A stretch of 64,000 nucleotides of DNA from Pseudomonadota bacterium. GTDB lineage: Bacteria > Pseudomonadota > Alphaproteobacteria > Reyranellales > Reyranellaceae. Shown here piece by piece: positions 18,485 through 30,402 of this stretch. The DNA is taken from contig JAFEFG010000004.1 of assembly GCA_018240685.1 (NCBI GenBank), positions 10,376 to 74,375 of the forward strand, written 5' to 3'. Each line of letters opens with the position of its first letter. The stretch's first letter is position 1. The notes beneath the pieces were generated by a model, which saw only the letters and a program-made list of their open reading frames with translations, had not been told where the DNA came from and did not search any database. The position numbers and the translations under genes were made by a program.

Positions 18485-20053
18485 ATGCGTCGTTTCCTGG
18501 TGTCAGTGGTGGTCGCCCTCGCGGCTGCAACCGGCTCGCTTGCCGCCAAGGCCGAGACGGTGATGAAGGTCGTGATGCAGTCGGACGTGAAGGCGATCGA
18601 TCCGATCTGGAGCGGCGCCTATATCACCCGCGGCTTCGGCTACATGATCTACGACACGCTCTTCGCCATGGACGCGAAGTTCCAAGTCCAGCCGCAGATG
18701 GTCGACACCTGGAGCGAGAGCGAGGACGGGCTGACCTGGACCTTCAAGCTGCGCGACGGGCTGGAGTGGCACGACGGCACGCCGGTGACGTCGGAGGATT
18801 GCATTGCCTCCCTCAAGCGCTGGTCGGTGCGCGACGCGATGGGGCAGAAGCTCGCCGCCGTCCTGGCCGAATACAAGGTCGTCGACCCCAAGACCTTCCA
18901 GATCGTGCTCAAGGAGCGGTTCGGGCCGCTGCTGCAGGCGATCGGCAAGCCGTCGGTCGTCGTGCCGTTCATGATGCCGAAGAAGGTGGCGGAGACCGAC
19001 CCCTTCAAGCAGATCGACAGCACCATCGGTTCCGGTCCCTTCATCCTGAAGCGGGATGAATGGAAGCCTGGCGAGAAGATGGTGTTCGTGAAGAACCCGA
19101 AATACAAGCCGCGCGCCGAGCCGATCTCCGGCATGGCCGGCGGCAAGGTGGTCAACCTCGATCGCGTCGAGTGGCTCTGGATTCCCGATGCGGATACGCA
19201 GGTGAACGCCCTCGTGAAGGGCGAGATCGACGCCATCGAAAGCCTCGACTTCGACCATGCGCCCGAACTGGAGAAGACCAAGGGCGTGAAGGTCCTGAAG
19301 AGCGCGGTCGTGAACCAGTACGTATTCCGGCTGAACTGGCTGCAGCCGCCGTTCGACAACGAGAAGATCCGGCAGGCCGTGACCTATGCGCTGAGCCAGC
19401 CGGAATTCCTGGAGGCCAGCGTCGGCGACAAGCGCTACTACCGGGCCTGCAAGGCGATGTTCACCTGCGACTCGCCCTATGCGACGACGGCGGGGATGGA
19501 CGGGCTGATCGAGGGCAACGTGGCCAAGGCCAAGCAGCTCCTCGCGGAGGCGCACTACGACGGCACGCCGGTCGTGATGCCCCAGCCGACCGACCTCGGC
19601 GTGATCAAGCAGCTCGAGCCCGTCGCCAAGGCGCAGCTCGAACGGGCCGGCTTCAAGGTCGATGTCCAGCCGATGGACTGGCAGAGCATGGTGGCACGGC
19701 TCGCCAACAAGGGGCCGGTCTCCAAGGGCGGCTGGAACGCCTTCGGCACGAGCTGGCAGCAGATCGACATCCTCGATCCGCTGATGACGCCTTACCTGGC
19801 GGCAACCTGCGACAAGGCCCGCGCCGGATGGCCGTGCGACGCCGAGGTCGAGAAGATCCGCGACCGGTTCATCCACGCCAAGACCGAAGCCGAGCGCAAG
19901 GCGGCGGCCGATGAGGCGCAGACGCGGGCAATGCAGGTCGTGACGCATATCCCGCTCGGCGAGTGGTATTCGCTGAGCGCCGCGCGCGACAACATCACCT
20001 TCCCCGATCCGCGGCCGCCCATGTTCGTGTTCTGGGGCGTCAGCAAGAAGTAG
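18485..20053 (+). CDS. ABC transporter substrate-binding protein, family 5 (peptide/nickel-like)
   Basis: Signal peptide; FKLRDGLEWHDGTPVTSEDC; IGSGPF. Confidence 0.9.
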   Translation: MRRFLVSVVVALAAATGSLAAKAETVMKVVMQSDVKAIDPIWSGAYITRGFGYMIYDTLFAMDAKFQVQPQMVDTWSESEDGLTWTFKLRDGLEWHDGTPVTSEDCIASLKRWSVRDAMGQKLAAVLAEYKVVDPKTFQIVLKERFGPLLQAIGKPSVVVPFMMPKKVAETDPFKQIDSTIGSGPFILKRDEWKPGEKMVFVKNPKYKPRAEPISGMAGGKVVNLDRVEWLWIPDADTQVNALVKGEIDAIESLDFDHAPELEKTKGVKVLKSAVVNQYVFRLNWLQPPFDNEKIRQAVTYALSQPEFLEASVGDKRYYRACKAMFTCDSPYATTAGMDGLIEGNVAKAKQLLAEAHYDGTPVVMPQPTDLGVIKQLEPVAKAQLERAGFKVDVQPMDWQSMVARLANKGPVSKGGWNAFGTSWQQIDILDPLMTPYLAATCDKARAGWPCDAEVEKIRDRFIHAKTEAERKAAADEAQTRAMQVVTHIPLGEWYSLSAARDNITFPDPRPPMFVFWGVSKK

Positions 20054-20060
20054 CGGGGCC

Positions 20061-20084
20061 GGCGCCGCCTTCGCCGGCGGCGCC
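20061..20084. terminator. Hairpin between convergent genes
   Basis: ggcgccgcc-ttcgcc-ggcggcgcc; weak U-tract. Confidence 0.45.
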
Positions 20085-20461
20085 TACTCGGCAGCCTTGA
20101 GGGTGCGGGCCGCGGCGTCCTCGGCCTGCCAGCGCCTGGCGACCTGCGCGAGCTTGTCGAGCACCTCGTCGAGCTCGTGCGCGCGGTGGGTCAGCGAATA
20201 GGTGACCTTGGGCGGGATGGTCGGCTCGTAGTCGCGCCGCACCAGGCCGGCGCCTTCCAGCGTCCGCAGTCGCTCCGTCAGCATCTTGGCCGAGATGCCG
20301 CCGACGCGGCGCTTCAGTTCGCCGAAGCGCTGCGGCCCGAAGGTCCGCAGGTTGTAGACGATGTACGTCGTCCAGGGACCCATCAGCATGCGCAGGATGT
20401 AGTCCATCGGGCAGACGGCGCCGCCTTCCTTGCCGTGTTCAGGGGAGGTGTGGGGGCTCAT
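20084..20461 (-). CDS. HxlR/DUF24 family winged-HTH regulator
   Basis: CPMDYILRMLMGPWT, RFGELKR, MLTERLRTLE, PPKVTYSLT. Confidence 0.9.
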   Translation of the reverse strand: MSPHTSPEHGKEGGAVCPMDYILRMLMGPWTTYIVYNLRTFGPQRFGELKRRVGGISAKMLTERLRTLEGAGLVRRDYEPTIPPKVTYSLTHRAHELDEVLDKLAQVARRWQAEDAAARTLKAAE

Positions 20462-20608
20462 TGGGAGAATCCGGTTGGTTACGATTTGGTACCTACTGGA
20501 AAAGATATAGTGCGCGGCTTAAATCTTTCCAGTCACTTTACGTAATCAAATTCCATGGAGAAACGGTTCGATCGTTTCTTCAGGAATATCAAAGGATTGG
20601 AGTGGATA

Positions 20609-21193
20609 ATGAGCAACGTCGCGATCATCTTTCATTCGGGCTACGGCCATACGAAGGCGCTGGCCGAGGCTGTCGCCGCCGGGGCGAAGCAGGTCCCCAA
20701 CACCAAGGTCAGCCTGATCCCGGTGGCGGACGCCGAAGCGCACGAGGCCGAACTCGATGCCGCCGACGCCATCATCTTCGGCTCGCCCACCTACATGGGC
20801 GGCGTCAGCGCCGAGTTCGCGAAGTTCAAGGACTGGACGTCCGGGCGCTGGATGAGCCGGGCCTGGCAGGACAAGCTTGCCGCCGGCTTCACCGGCTCGG
20901 CGTCGTGGAACGGCGACAAGCACAACACGCTCTATCAGTTCGTCACGCTCGCTGCGCAGCACGGCATGATCTGGGTCGGCCTCGGCCTGCCGCCGGGCAA
21001 CAACCACTCCAAGGGCTCGATCGAGGACCTCAACCGCACCGGCGCATCGATCGGCGCGATGGCCCAGGCCAACGCCGACCAGGGCGTCGAGGGGATCGCG
21101 CCGAGCGACTTCAGGACGATGAACGAACTCGGCAAGCGCGTGGCGCTGGCGGCGCAGCGCTGGACCGCCGCACCGGTCGCCAAGGCGGCCTGA
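20609..21193 (+). CDS. Flavodoxin-like WrbA family NAD(P)H:quinone oxidoreductase
   Basis: HSGYGHT, FGSPTYMG, GDKHNTL; divergent from the HxlR gene. Confidence 0.88.
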   Translation: MSNVAIIFHSGYGHTKALAEAVAAGAKQVPNTKVSLIPVADAEAHEAELDAADAIIFGSPTYMGGVSAEFAKFKDWTSGRWMSRAWQDKLAAGFTGSASWNGDKHNTLYQFVTLAAQHGMIWVGLGLPPGNNHSKGSIEDLNRTGASIGAMAQANADQGVEGIAPSDFRTMNELGKRVALAAQRWTAAPVAKAA

Positions 21194-21217
21194 CCGGCGG
21201 CGCGTCGTCCGCGCAAG

Positions 21218-21247
21218 AAAAAGGGGTCCTTCCATCGGAAGGACCCC
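21218..21247 (-). terminator. Intrinsic terminator for the minus-strand SBP gene
   Basis: ggggtccttcc-atc-ggaaggacccc preceded by aaaaa, giving a U-tract on the minus strand. Confidence 0.8.
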
Positions 21248-21279
21248 CGCTTCGATGCAGAGGACGGTGCCTTGTCCCG

Positions 21280-22854
21280 TCACTTCTTGCTGATGTTCCA
21301 GAACACCGCCGCCGGCCCGGGCAGCCAGCCCTGGAGCCGGTCCTTGCGGTAGGCGCCGAAGGATTTGTATTGGCCCACGGGAGCGTAATAGGCCTGCTCG
21401 ATCACGCGATCGGAGATGGCGTCACCCAGGGCCTTCTGCTTGGCCGGATCCGTGGCGTGCATGAACTCGTCCCGGAGCTTCTGCATCTCCGGATCGCACG
21501 GCCAGCCGAACCATGCCTTCTCGCAGGCGCCGGAGACGAACGAATTGACGCCGGGATTGTCCGCATCGAGGGTGATCGTCGTGGTGAAGAAGATGTTCCA
21601 GCCACCCTGGCTCGGCGGCTCCTTCTTGGCGCGGCGCGTCACCACGGTCTGCCAGTCCATCGACTGCAGGTCGACCTTGAAGCCGGCCTTCTCGAGCTGC
21701 TGCTTGGCGACCGGCTGCACGTTGTTCGACGACTGCAGGTCGGTCTGGTGAAGCATCACGATCGGCGTGCCGTCGTAGCCCGACTCCTTCAGGAGCTGGC
21801 GAGCCTTCTCGAGGTTCGGCTTGATCAGGAGATCGCCGTACTCCTTGCCGAACTTCGTGCCGCAGATCATGGGCGCATCGCAGACCTTGTAGATCGAGGG
21901 ATCGCCGACCTGGGCGCGCAGCATGTCCTCCTGGGCGATCGCGTACATCGCCGCCTGGCGCGCCTTCACGTTGTTGAAGGGCGGCTGGAGCTGGTTGAAG
22001 CGCATGATGATCTGGCTGCCCTGCTCGTTCCAGGGATAGAGCGCGATGTTCTTGTCCGCCTTCAGGATCGGGAACAGGTCGGGCGGCGGCAGCTCGATGA
22101 GATCGACCTCACCCGCGACCAGCGCATTGACGGCCGTGCTGGGATCGGAGATGGCGAGCCATTCCACGCGGTCGACCTTGACGACCTTGCCGCCGGCCAG
22201 CATCGAGGGCGGCTCGGCGCGCGGCTTGTACTTCGTGTTCTTGACGAACACGATCTTCTCGCCGGGCTTCCACTCGTCCTTCTTGAAGACGAAGGGGCCC
22301 GAGCCGGTGAAGTCGGTGATCTGCTTGAAGGGATCCGTCTCCGCGACGCGCTTGGGCATCATGAACGGGACGTTGGAGGACGGCTTGGCCAGCGCCTCGA
22401 TAACGAAGCCGAACGGCTGCTTGAGGACGATGGCGAAGGTCTTGGGATCGATCACCTTGAGTTCGGCGGTGTCCTTCATCATGAGCTGGCCGTAGCTGTC
22501 GCGGGCGGCCCAGCGCTTGATCGAGGCGACGCAGTCGTCGGCCGTGACCGGGGTGCCGTCGCTCCAGAGCAGCCCGTCGCGCAGCACAATGGTGTAGGTG
22601 AGCTTGTCGTCGGAAACCGTGTAATGATCGGCCATCTGCGGCTGAGTCTGCAGATTGGCGTCCTTGGCGAACAGGACGTCGTAGATCATGTAGCCGAAGT
22701 TGCGCGTGATGTATGCGGTGGTCCAGATCGGATCCAAGACCTTGAGGTCGGCGTGCGGCACCACGCGCAGCGTGGTTTCCGCGGCGGCCGGCTGGCCTAT
22801 GAATCCGCATATGGCGAGGAGAAACAGCGCCCATTTGCTGCGCTTTGCGATCAT
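21280..22854 (-). CDS. ABC transporter substrate-binding protein, family 5 (paralog of 18485-20053)
   Basis: Signal peptide MIAKRSKWALFLLA; LRDGLLWSDGTPVTADDC; GSGPF; SD AAGGA. Confidence 0.9.
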   Translation of the reverse strand: MIAKRSKWALFLLAICGFIGQPAAAETTLRVVPHADLKVLDPIWTTAYITRNFGYMIYDVLFAKDANLQTQPQMADHYTVSDDKLTYTIVLRDGLLWSDGTPVTADDCVASIKRWAARDSYGQLMMKDTAELKVIDPKTFAIVLKQPFGFVIEALAKPSSNVPFMMPKRVAETDPFKQITDFTGSGPFVFKKDEWKPGEKIVFVKNTKYKPRAEPPSMLAGGKVVKVDRVEWLAISDPSTAVNALVAGEVDLIELPPPDLFPILKADKNIALYPWNEQGSQIIMRFNQLQPPFNNVKARQAAMYAIAQEDMLRAQVGDPSIYKVCDAPMICGTKFGKEYGDLLIKPNLEKARQLLKESGYDGTPIVMLHQTDLQSSNNVQPVAKQQLEKAGFKVDLQSMDWQTVVTRRAKKEPPSQGGWNIFFTTTITLDADNPGVNSFVSGACEKAWFGWPCDPEMQKLRDEFMHATDPAKQKALGDAISDRVIEQAYYAPVGQYKSFGAYRKDRLQGWLPGPAAVFWNISKK

Positions 22855-22887
22855 TTCACGTCCTTTCAATTGGCCCGACGGGCTAAT

Positions 22888-22903
22888 TGCACAAAAAGTG
22901 CCA
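22888..22903 (-). promoter_or_regulatory. Sigma54 (-24/-12) promoter of the SBP gene
   Basis: Minus strand TGGCAC-TTTTT-GTGCA, exact GG-N10-GC spacing; predicted TSS about 23 nt before the ATG. Confidence 0.65.
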
Positions 22904-22926
22904 TGTAACCTGCAAGGAATAAAGCA

Positions 22927-23697
22927 ATGCCGATGCCTACTGTCTTCGTGTCGCACGGTGCGCCGACCCTGATCCTGGAGAACGTGCCGGCGCGGGCGTT
23001 TCTTGCTGCACTGGGCACGCTCGTTCCGCCGCCGACGGCGATCATTGCCGTATCGGCGCATTGGACCACCGACGGGCCGGCTGTCTCCACCAATGCACGG
23101 CCGGAAACGATCCACGACTTCTACGGCTTTCCCGAGCCGCTCTACCGCCTGCACTACGATGCTTCCGGCGCGCCGGAACTCGCAGCCCGCGTCGCCGCAC
23201 TCACCGGCGCAGTCGCCGATCCGCGCTACGGGCTCGATCACGGGGCCTGGGTGCCGGCGATGCTGGCCTGGCCCAAGGCCGACATTCCGATCTTCCAGCT
23301 CTCGGTGCAGCCCTACCGCTCGCCGGCGGACCACATCGCACTCGGCCGCAAGCTTGCGCCGCTGCGCGAGGAGGGGGTGCTCGTGATGGGCAGCGGCAGC
23401 GCCACCCACAACCTGCGCCGCCTGATGCGCGGCCAGCCGGGAGCGACGCCGGCGCCGGAGCCCTGGGCGCGTCAGTTCGACGACTGGCTGGCGGAGACGC
23501 TGGAGCGGGGCGACGAGGCTGCCCTGGCCGATTACCGGCAGCAGGCGCCCCATGCGAAGGAGGCGCATCCCACGGACGAACACTTCCTGCCGCTGCACGT
23601 CGCCTACGGAGCGGCAGGGCCCGGCGCGCACGGCAAGGCGCTGCACCGGAGCTTCACGCTGGGGAACCTGTCGATGGCCGCCTACGCGTTCGCATAG
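22927..23697 (+). CDS. DODA/LigB-type class III extradiol dioxygenase
   Basis: FVSHGAP, SAHW, GLDHGAW, GSGSATHN, AHPTDEHFLPL. Confidence 0.9.
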   Translation: MPMPTVFVSHGAPTLILENVPARAFLAALGTLVPPPTAIIAVSAHWTTDGPAVSTNARPETIHDFYGFPEPLYRLHYDASGAPELAARVAALTGAVADPRYGLDHGAWVPAMLAWPKADIPIFQLSVQPYRSPADHIALGRKLAPLREEGVLVMGSGSATHNLRRLMRGQPGATPAPEPWARQFDDWLAETLERGDEAALADYRQQAPHAKEAHPTDEHFLPLHVAYGAAGPGAHGKALHRSFTLGNLSMAAYAFA

Positions 23698-23804
23698 GGG
23701 CGCGTCCGCCGGATTTCCGCGGCACATCGGCGAACATCCGTCGGATGTTCATCCGGGCCGCCATGGGCGCGGGGCGGAGCCCCGCGGTCACGGAAGAGCG
23801 GGGA

Positions 23805-24146
23805 TCAGGCCGCGTCGGCCAGTGCGACGCCCTTTTCCTTGAGCATCTGCTCGAGCTCGCCGGTCTCGAACATCTCGCGGACGATGTCGCAACCGCCGAC
23901 GAATTCCCCCTTCACGTAGAGCTGGGGAATGGTCGGCCACTGGCTGAAGTCCTTGATGCCCTGGCGCAGGTCCTGGTCGGCCAGGATGTTGATGCCGTGG
24001 AACTTCACGCCGAGCTGGCTCAGCACGTCCACGACGGCGGCCGAGAAGCCACACTGCGGGAAGACCGGCGTGCCCTTCATGAAGAGCAGGACGTCGTTCT
24101 TGGCGATCTCGTCGCGGATCCGCTCGAACACCTGGGGTTCGCTCAT
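23805..24146 (-). CDS. grxD: Monothiol glutaredoxin Grx4
   Basis: [24 protein letters not shown]. Confidence 0.95.
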   Translation of the reverse strand: MSEPQVFERIRDEIAKNDVLLFMKGTPVFPQCGFSAAVVDVLSQLGVKFHGINILADQDLRQGIKDFSQWPTIPQLYVKGEFVGGCDIVREMFETGELEQMLKEKGVALADAA

Positions 24147-24197
24147 GTCTGTCTCCTGAAGCGCAGAAAGGGCCCTATTTTTCAAAATATAGGGTGG

Positions 24198-24434
24198 TCA
24201 GGGGCGCTGCGCCATGGTGGTCAGCTTGAGCGCATGGAGCACGCCCCCCATCCGGCCGCCCAGCGCGCCGTAGACCATCTGGTGCTGCTGCACCTTGGAT
24301 TTGCCGGCAAAGGCCGCGGAAATGACCGTAGCGGCATAGTGGTCGCCGTCGCCGGCCAGATCCTGGATCTCCACCTCGGCGTCGGGGATGCCTTCCTTGA
24401 TCAGGCGGACGATGTCCTCGGCTGCCATCGGCAT
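24198..24434 (-). CDS. bolA: BolA family protein
   Basis: GDGDHY, VQQHQMVY, LHAL; adjacent to grxD. Confidence 0.9.
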   Translation of the reverse strand: MPMAAEDIVRLIKEGIPDAEVEIQDLAGDGDHYAATVISAAFAGKSKVQQHQMVYGALGGRMGGVLHALKLTTMAQRP

Positions 24435-24452
24435 TGGTTTGATTTTCCTCTG

Positions 24453-26693
<2,241 letters not shown>

Positions 26694-26703
26694 GACGATG
26701 TAC

Positions 26704-27393
26704 TCACGAAAGGGCCTCGACGATGCCTTCGAACAGCGCCTTGCCGTCGGTGCCGCCGAACAGGGATTCGATGGCGTTCTCGGGATGGGGCATCAGTCCC
26801 AGCACCGTCTTCGTCTCGTTGAAGATGCCGGCGATGTTGTTGATCGAGCCGTTGGGGTTGCCCGTCCCGTCCACGGTGCCGTCGGGGGCGCAGTAGCGGA
26901 AGGCGATCTGGCCGCGGTCCTCGAGCCGCTTCAGCGTGTCGGCGTCGGCGAAGTAGTTGCCCTCAGCATGGGCCACGGGGACCTTGATCACCTGTCCGGC
27001 CTGATAGCGGTTGGTGAACAGGCTCTGGCTCGTCTCGACCTTGAGATGGACGTCGGTGCAGACGAACTTCAGGTTTTCGTTGCGCATCAGCACGCCCGGC
27101 AGCAGGCCGGCCTCGGCCACGATCTGGAAGCCGTTGCAGATGCCCAGCACGGGCACGCCCTGGGCCGCCCGTCGCTTGACCTCGGCCATCACCGGGGACT
27201 GCGCGGCCATCGCGCCGCAGCGCAGGTAGTCGCCGTAGGAAAAACCGCCCGGGACCACGATCAGGTCGGTCTTCTCGAAATCGCCGTCGCCGTGCCAGAC
27301 CATGGTCGGCTTCTGGCCCGTGACCAGCTCCAGCGCCTGCGCGACGTCGCCTTCACGGTTGGAGCCGGGGAAAACGAGGATCGCCGCCTTCAT
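26704..27393 (-). CDS. purQ: Phosphoribosylformylglycinamidine synthase subunit PurQ
   Basis: [28 protein letters not shown]. Confidence 0.97.
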   Translation of the reverse strand: MKAAILVFPGSNREGDVAQALELVTGQKPTMVWHGDGDFEKTDLIVVPGGFSYGDYLRCGAMAAQSPVMAEVKRRAAQGVPVLGICNGFQIVAEAGLLPGVLMRNENLKFVCTDVHLKVETSQSLFTNRYQAGQVIKVPVAHAEGNYFADADTLKRLEDRGQIAFRYCAPDGTVDGTGNPNGSINNIAGIFNETKTVLGLMPHPENAIESLFGGTDGKALFEGIVEALS

Positions 27394-27635
27394 CAGCCGA
27401 CCAGCTCGATCGAGTAGTTCTCGATCACCGTGTTGGCGAGCAGCTTGCGGCACATCTCGTCGACCCGGGCCTTGGCCTTGGCCTTGTCGGTCTCGGCCAG
27501 TTCCAGCTCGATGTACTTGCCCTGGCGGACGTCGCCGACTTCGGGGAAGCCGAGCCGGTTCAGGGAGTGGCCGATGGCCTTGCCCTGGGGGTCGAGCACG
27601 CCGTTCTTGAGGGTTACGTGGACTCTGGCTTTCAT
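27393..27635 (-). CDS. purS: Phosphoribosylformylglycinamidine synthase subunit PurS
   Basis: [21 protein letters not shown]. Confidence 0.97.
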   Translation of the reverse strand: MKARVHVTLKNGVLDPQGKAIGHSLNRLGFPEVGDVRQGKYIELELAETDKAKAKARVDEMCRKLLANTVIENYSIELVG

Positions 27636-27644
27636 CTCGCCTCT

Positions 27645-28409
27645 TTACTGCAGCGTGGTGGGGCCGCGCACGTCGCCGGGGCCCTGATCGATCAGGATGC
27701 CGAGCCGCCGCGCCACCTCCTGGTAGGCCTCCTCGACCTTGCCGAGGTCGCGGCGGAAACGATCCTTGTCCAGCTTCTCGTTCGTCCGCAGATCCCACAG
27801 CCGGCACGAATCCGGGCTGATCTCGTCGGCGAGCACGATGCGGACCATGTCATCCTCATATAGGCGGCCGAACTCGATCTTGAAGTCGACCAGCTTGATG
27901 CCGCAGCCCAGGAACAGGCCGAACAGGAAGTCGTTGATCCTGAGCGTCAGCGCCACGATGTCGTCGAGGTCCTGCGGCGTCGCCCAGCCGAAGGCGGTGA
28001 TGTGCTCCTCGGTCACCATCGGATCGCCGAGCGCATCGTTCTTGTAGAAGAATTCCATGATCGAGCGCGGCAGCTGCGTGCCTTCGTCGAGGCCGAAGCG
28101 CTTGGCGAAGGAGCCGGCTGCGACATTTCGGACCACGACCTCGAGCGGGATGATCTCGACCTGGCGGATCAGCTGCTCGCGCATGTTCAGGCGGCGGATG
28201 AAATGGGTCGGGACCCCGATCTCGCCGAGCTTGGTCATCAGGAACTCGGAGATCCGGTTGTTGATGACACCCTTGCCGGTGATCGTGCCCTTCTTCTGGT
28301 TGTTGAAGGCGGTGGCGTCGTCCTTGAAGTACTGGACGATCGTCCCGGGCTCTGGTCCCTCGAACAGGGTCTTGGCCTTGCCCTCATAGATGCGGCGGCG
28401 GCGGGACAT
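27645..28409 (-). CDS. purC: SAICAR synthetase
   Basis: [34 protein letters not shown]. Confidence 0.97.
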   Translation of the reverse strand: MSRRRRIYEGKAKTLFEGPEPGTIVQYFKDDATAFNNQKKGTITGKGVINNRISEFLMTKLGEIGVPTHFIRRLNMREQLIRQVEIIPLEVVVRNVAAGSFAKRFGLDEGTQLPRSIMEFFYKNDALGDPMVTEEHITAFGWATPQDLDDIVALTLRINDFLFGLFLGCGIKLVDFKIEFGRLYEDDMVRIVLADEISPDSCRLWDLRTNEKLDKDRFRRDLGKVEEAYQEVARRLGILIDQGPGDVRGPTTLQ

Positions 28410-28498
28410 TCGTTACTCCTGTGCGGGCAGCCGAAGCTGCCGGCGCTTGGGCCGGAATATGGCGGAAACCCCATGCGCCGGGGTTGGGGAAAAATCCA

Positions 28499-28526
28499 TT
28501 GAAAAAGGTGACGTATCCGTCATATT
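28499..28526 (+). promoter_or_regulatory. Putative promoter with an internal palindromic operator
   Basis: TTGAAA-N16-CATATT; TGACG-tatc-CGTCA (28509-28522) lies between the two hexamers. Confidence 0.45.
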
Positions 28527-28548
28527 GGTTTGCCTCGGGAGGCCTCAC

Positions 28549-29664
28549 ATGGCCCAACAAATCACTTACGACAAGGCCTACGACGCTGTCGCACCCGGCG
28601 ATTTTGCCGCGATGCTGGAAGTACCCCGCTACGGGCGCCGTACCGACGCCTTCGACGGCATCATTTCGGCCACCCACGACCATTTCTGGGACCCTCTGGA
28701 CCGGAATTACATCGATTTCGACCAGCCGTTCGACCTGGCGGCGACGGCGATCATGCCGCTGGACAACATCGTCGAGCTCAAGAGCGCGGTGGCCGACCGG
28801 CTGGACGAGGGGCAGAAAATCCAGCTCGCCAACGACGTGATCCACTGGTCGGTCTCCAACCTGCTCCATGGCGAGCAGGGGGCGTTGTCGCTGTCGGCCA
28901 GCCTCTGCCACGTGCTGCTCGATCCCGGCGCGCAGGAATACGCGGCCAACCAGGCGCGCGAGGAAGCCCGGCACGTGACGGGTTTCACCCGCTACATCGC
29001 CAAGCGCTGGGGCGCGCCGCTGCCGGTGGGCAAGACCATCGCCACGGTGCTGGCCGACCTCGTCTCCACCGGCGAGGTCTACAAGAAGATCGTCGGCATG
29101 CAGATGCTGATCGAGGGGCTCGCCATGGGCTCCTTTGCGACGCTGAATGCCAGGACCAACGACCCCGTTCTGCGCCGCCTGGTGCAGCTCGTGATGAGCG
29201 ATGAGGCGTTCCACCACCGTTTCGGCCGCATCTGGGCGGCCAAGACGATCCGGCACCTGAACGCGGACGAGCATCGCAAGGTCGAGGACTGGTCGGCGCA
29301 GCTGTTCCAGATGCTGCTGTTCAACCTGATCAACGCCGAGCAGAAGCAGGTCATCTACGCCAAGTACGGGCTGGACTGGCAGTGGGTCCGCGACGCGGTG
29401 AAGGAGGTCTTCAGCGACGAGGACCGGCGCGCCCAGCTCAAGGACAGCACCAACATCTTCCGCGTGCTGATCAAGACCCTCCTGCATGCCGGGATCATCA
29501 CCCAGCGCACCGCGCCGCTCTATGCGGTGTGGGTCGACATGAAGGAGCTGGAGGCGGAGGGCGAGGGCATCCCGGGCGACATCGTCGCCGACGAGATGCT
29601 GGTGGTCCTGCGCGAGATCAACGCCGGGCGGCGGCGCATCGGCGCCAAGACCGCGATGGGCTGA
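28549..29664 (+). CDS. Ferritin-like diiron carboxylate protein (AurF-like oxygenase)
   Basis: GEQGAL, EEARH, IEGLA, DEAFHH diiron ligand pattern; SD GGAGG. Confidence 0.8.
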   Translation: MAQQITYDKAYDAVAPGDFAAMLEVPRYGRRTDAFDGIISATHDHFWDPLDRNYIDFDQPFDLAATAIMPLDNIVELKSAVADRLDEGQKIQLANDVIHWSVSNLLHGEQGALSLSASLCHVLLDPGAQEYAANQAREEARHVTGFTRYIAKRWGAPLPVGKTIATVLADLVSTGEVYKKIVGMQMLIEGLAMGSFATLNARTNDPVLRRLVQLVMSDEAFHHRFGRIWAAKTIRHLNADEHRKVEDWSAQLFQMLLFNLINAEQKQVIYAKYGLDWQWVRDAVKEVFSDEDRRAQLKDSTNIFRVLIKTLLHAGIITQRTAPLYAVWVDMKELEAEGEGIPGDIVADEMLVVLREINAGRRRIGAKTAMG

Positions 29665-29697
29665 CCTACCCGGCCAGGAGGCCTGGGGGCCGGCGCG

Positions 29698-30402
29698 TCA
29701 GGGCTTCTGGGCCAGCACGAAGGCAGACAGGCCGGCCAGGCGGTTGATCGGAAAGAGCGGCAGTTCGGCCGCGCAGATTGCCCTCAGGATGGAATTGGTC
29801 AGGGCGCCGTGCCGCGACAGGCTGCTCCGGGGCGTGGTGTCGTGACGCGCGGCGAGGCGCACGGCCGCCGCCAGCGGAAAGATGAAGCCGAAATAATAGG
29901 CGCCGCGCACGACGGTGAGGCCGGCCTTGCGCATGGTCGCCTCGATCTCCTCCAGCCGGTAGCGGCGCTTGTGCTCCAGGAAGACGTCGTGACCGCTCCA
30001 GAGGAACTGGAAGGCGGGCACCGTCACCAGGAAGTGGGATCCGCCCGGCACCTTGGCGGCGTAGTGGCGGACCAGGCCGGCGTCATCGTCCACATGCTCG
30101 AGCACGTCCATCATGAGCACGAGATCGCAGTCGGTCGGCCCGCAGTCGCGGCGGAACAGGATCGGCTTGCCCGCCACCGAATCGTCGCGGTCGGCGGCGT
30201 AGCCGACGTCGACGCAGAGCGCGCTCCGGGCGTCGCCCTCGGTCAGCAGGTGGCGCGAGAAGAAGCCGGAGCCCGCCCCGACATCGAGGATGCGCCGCGG
30301 CTGCAAGCCCTTCACTGCGCGCCGCAACGCCGCCGCCTTGGAACGGTAGTACCAGTGCCGGGCGATGTCTGCGCCGAGGATGTCCTCTTCCTTGAGATCC
30401 AT
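29698..30402 (-). CDS. Class I SAM-dependent methyltransferase
   Basis: HWYYRSK, LDVGAGSG, MDVLEHV, VTVPA, HKRRY; a type often found beside GT2 genes. Confidence 0.88.
   Translation of the reverse strand: MDLKEEDILGADIARHWYYRSKAAALRRAVKGLQPRRILDVGAGSGFFSRHLLTEGDARSALCVDVGYAADRDDSVAGKPILFRRDCGPTDCDLVLMMDVLEHVDDDAGLVRHYAAKVPGGSHFLVTVPAFQFLWSGHDVFLEHKRRYRLEEIEATMRKAGLTVVRGAYYFGFIFPLAAAVRLAARHDTTPRSSLSRHGALTNSILRAICAAELPLFPINRLAGLSAFVLAQKP

Noticed and set aside
28508-28523. FNR/CRP box upstream of the diiron gene
   Set aside because: Half-site spacing is TGA-N8-TCA, not N6; kept only as an operator of unknown family.
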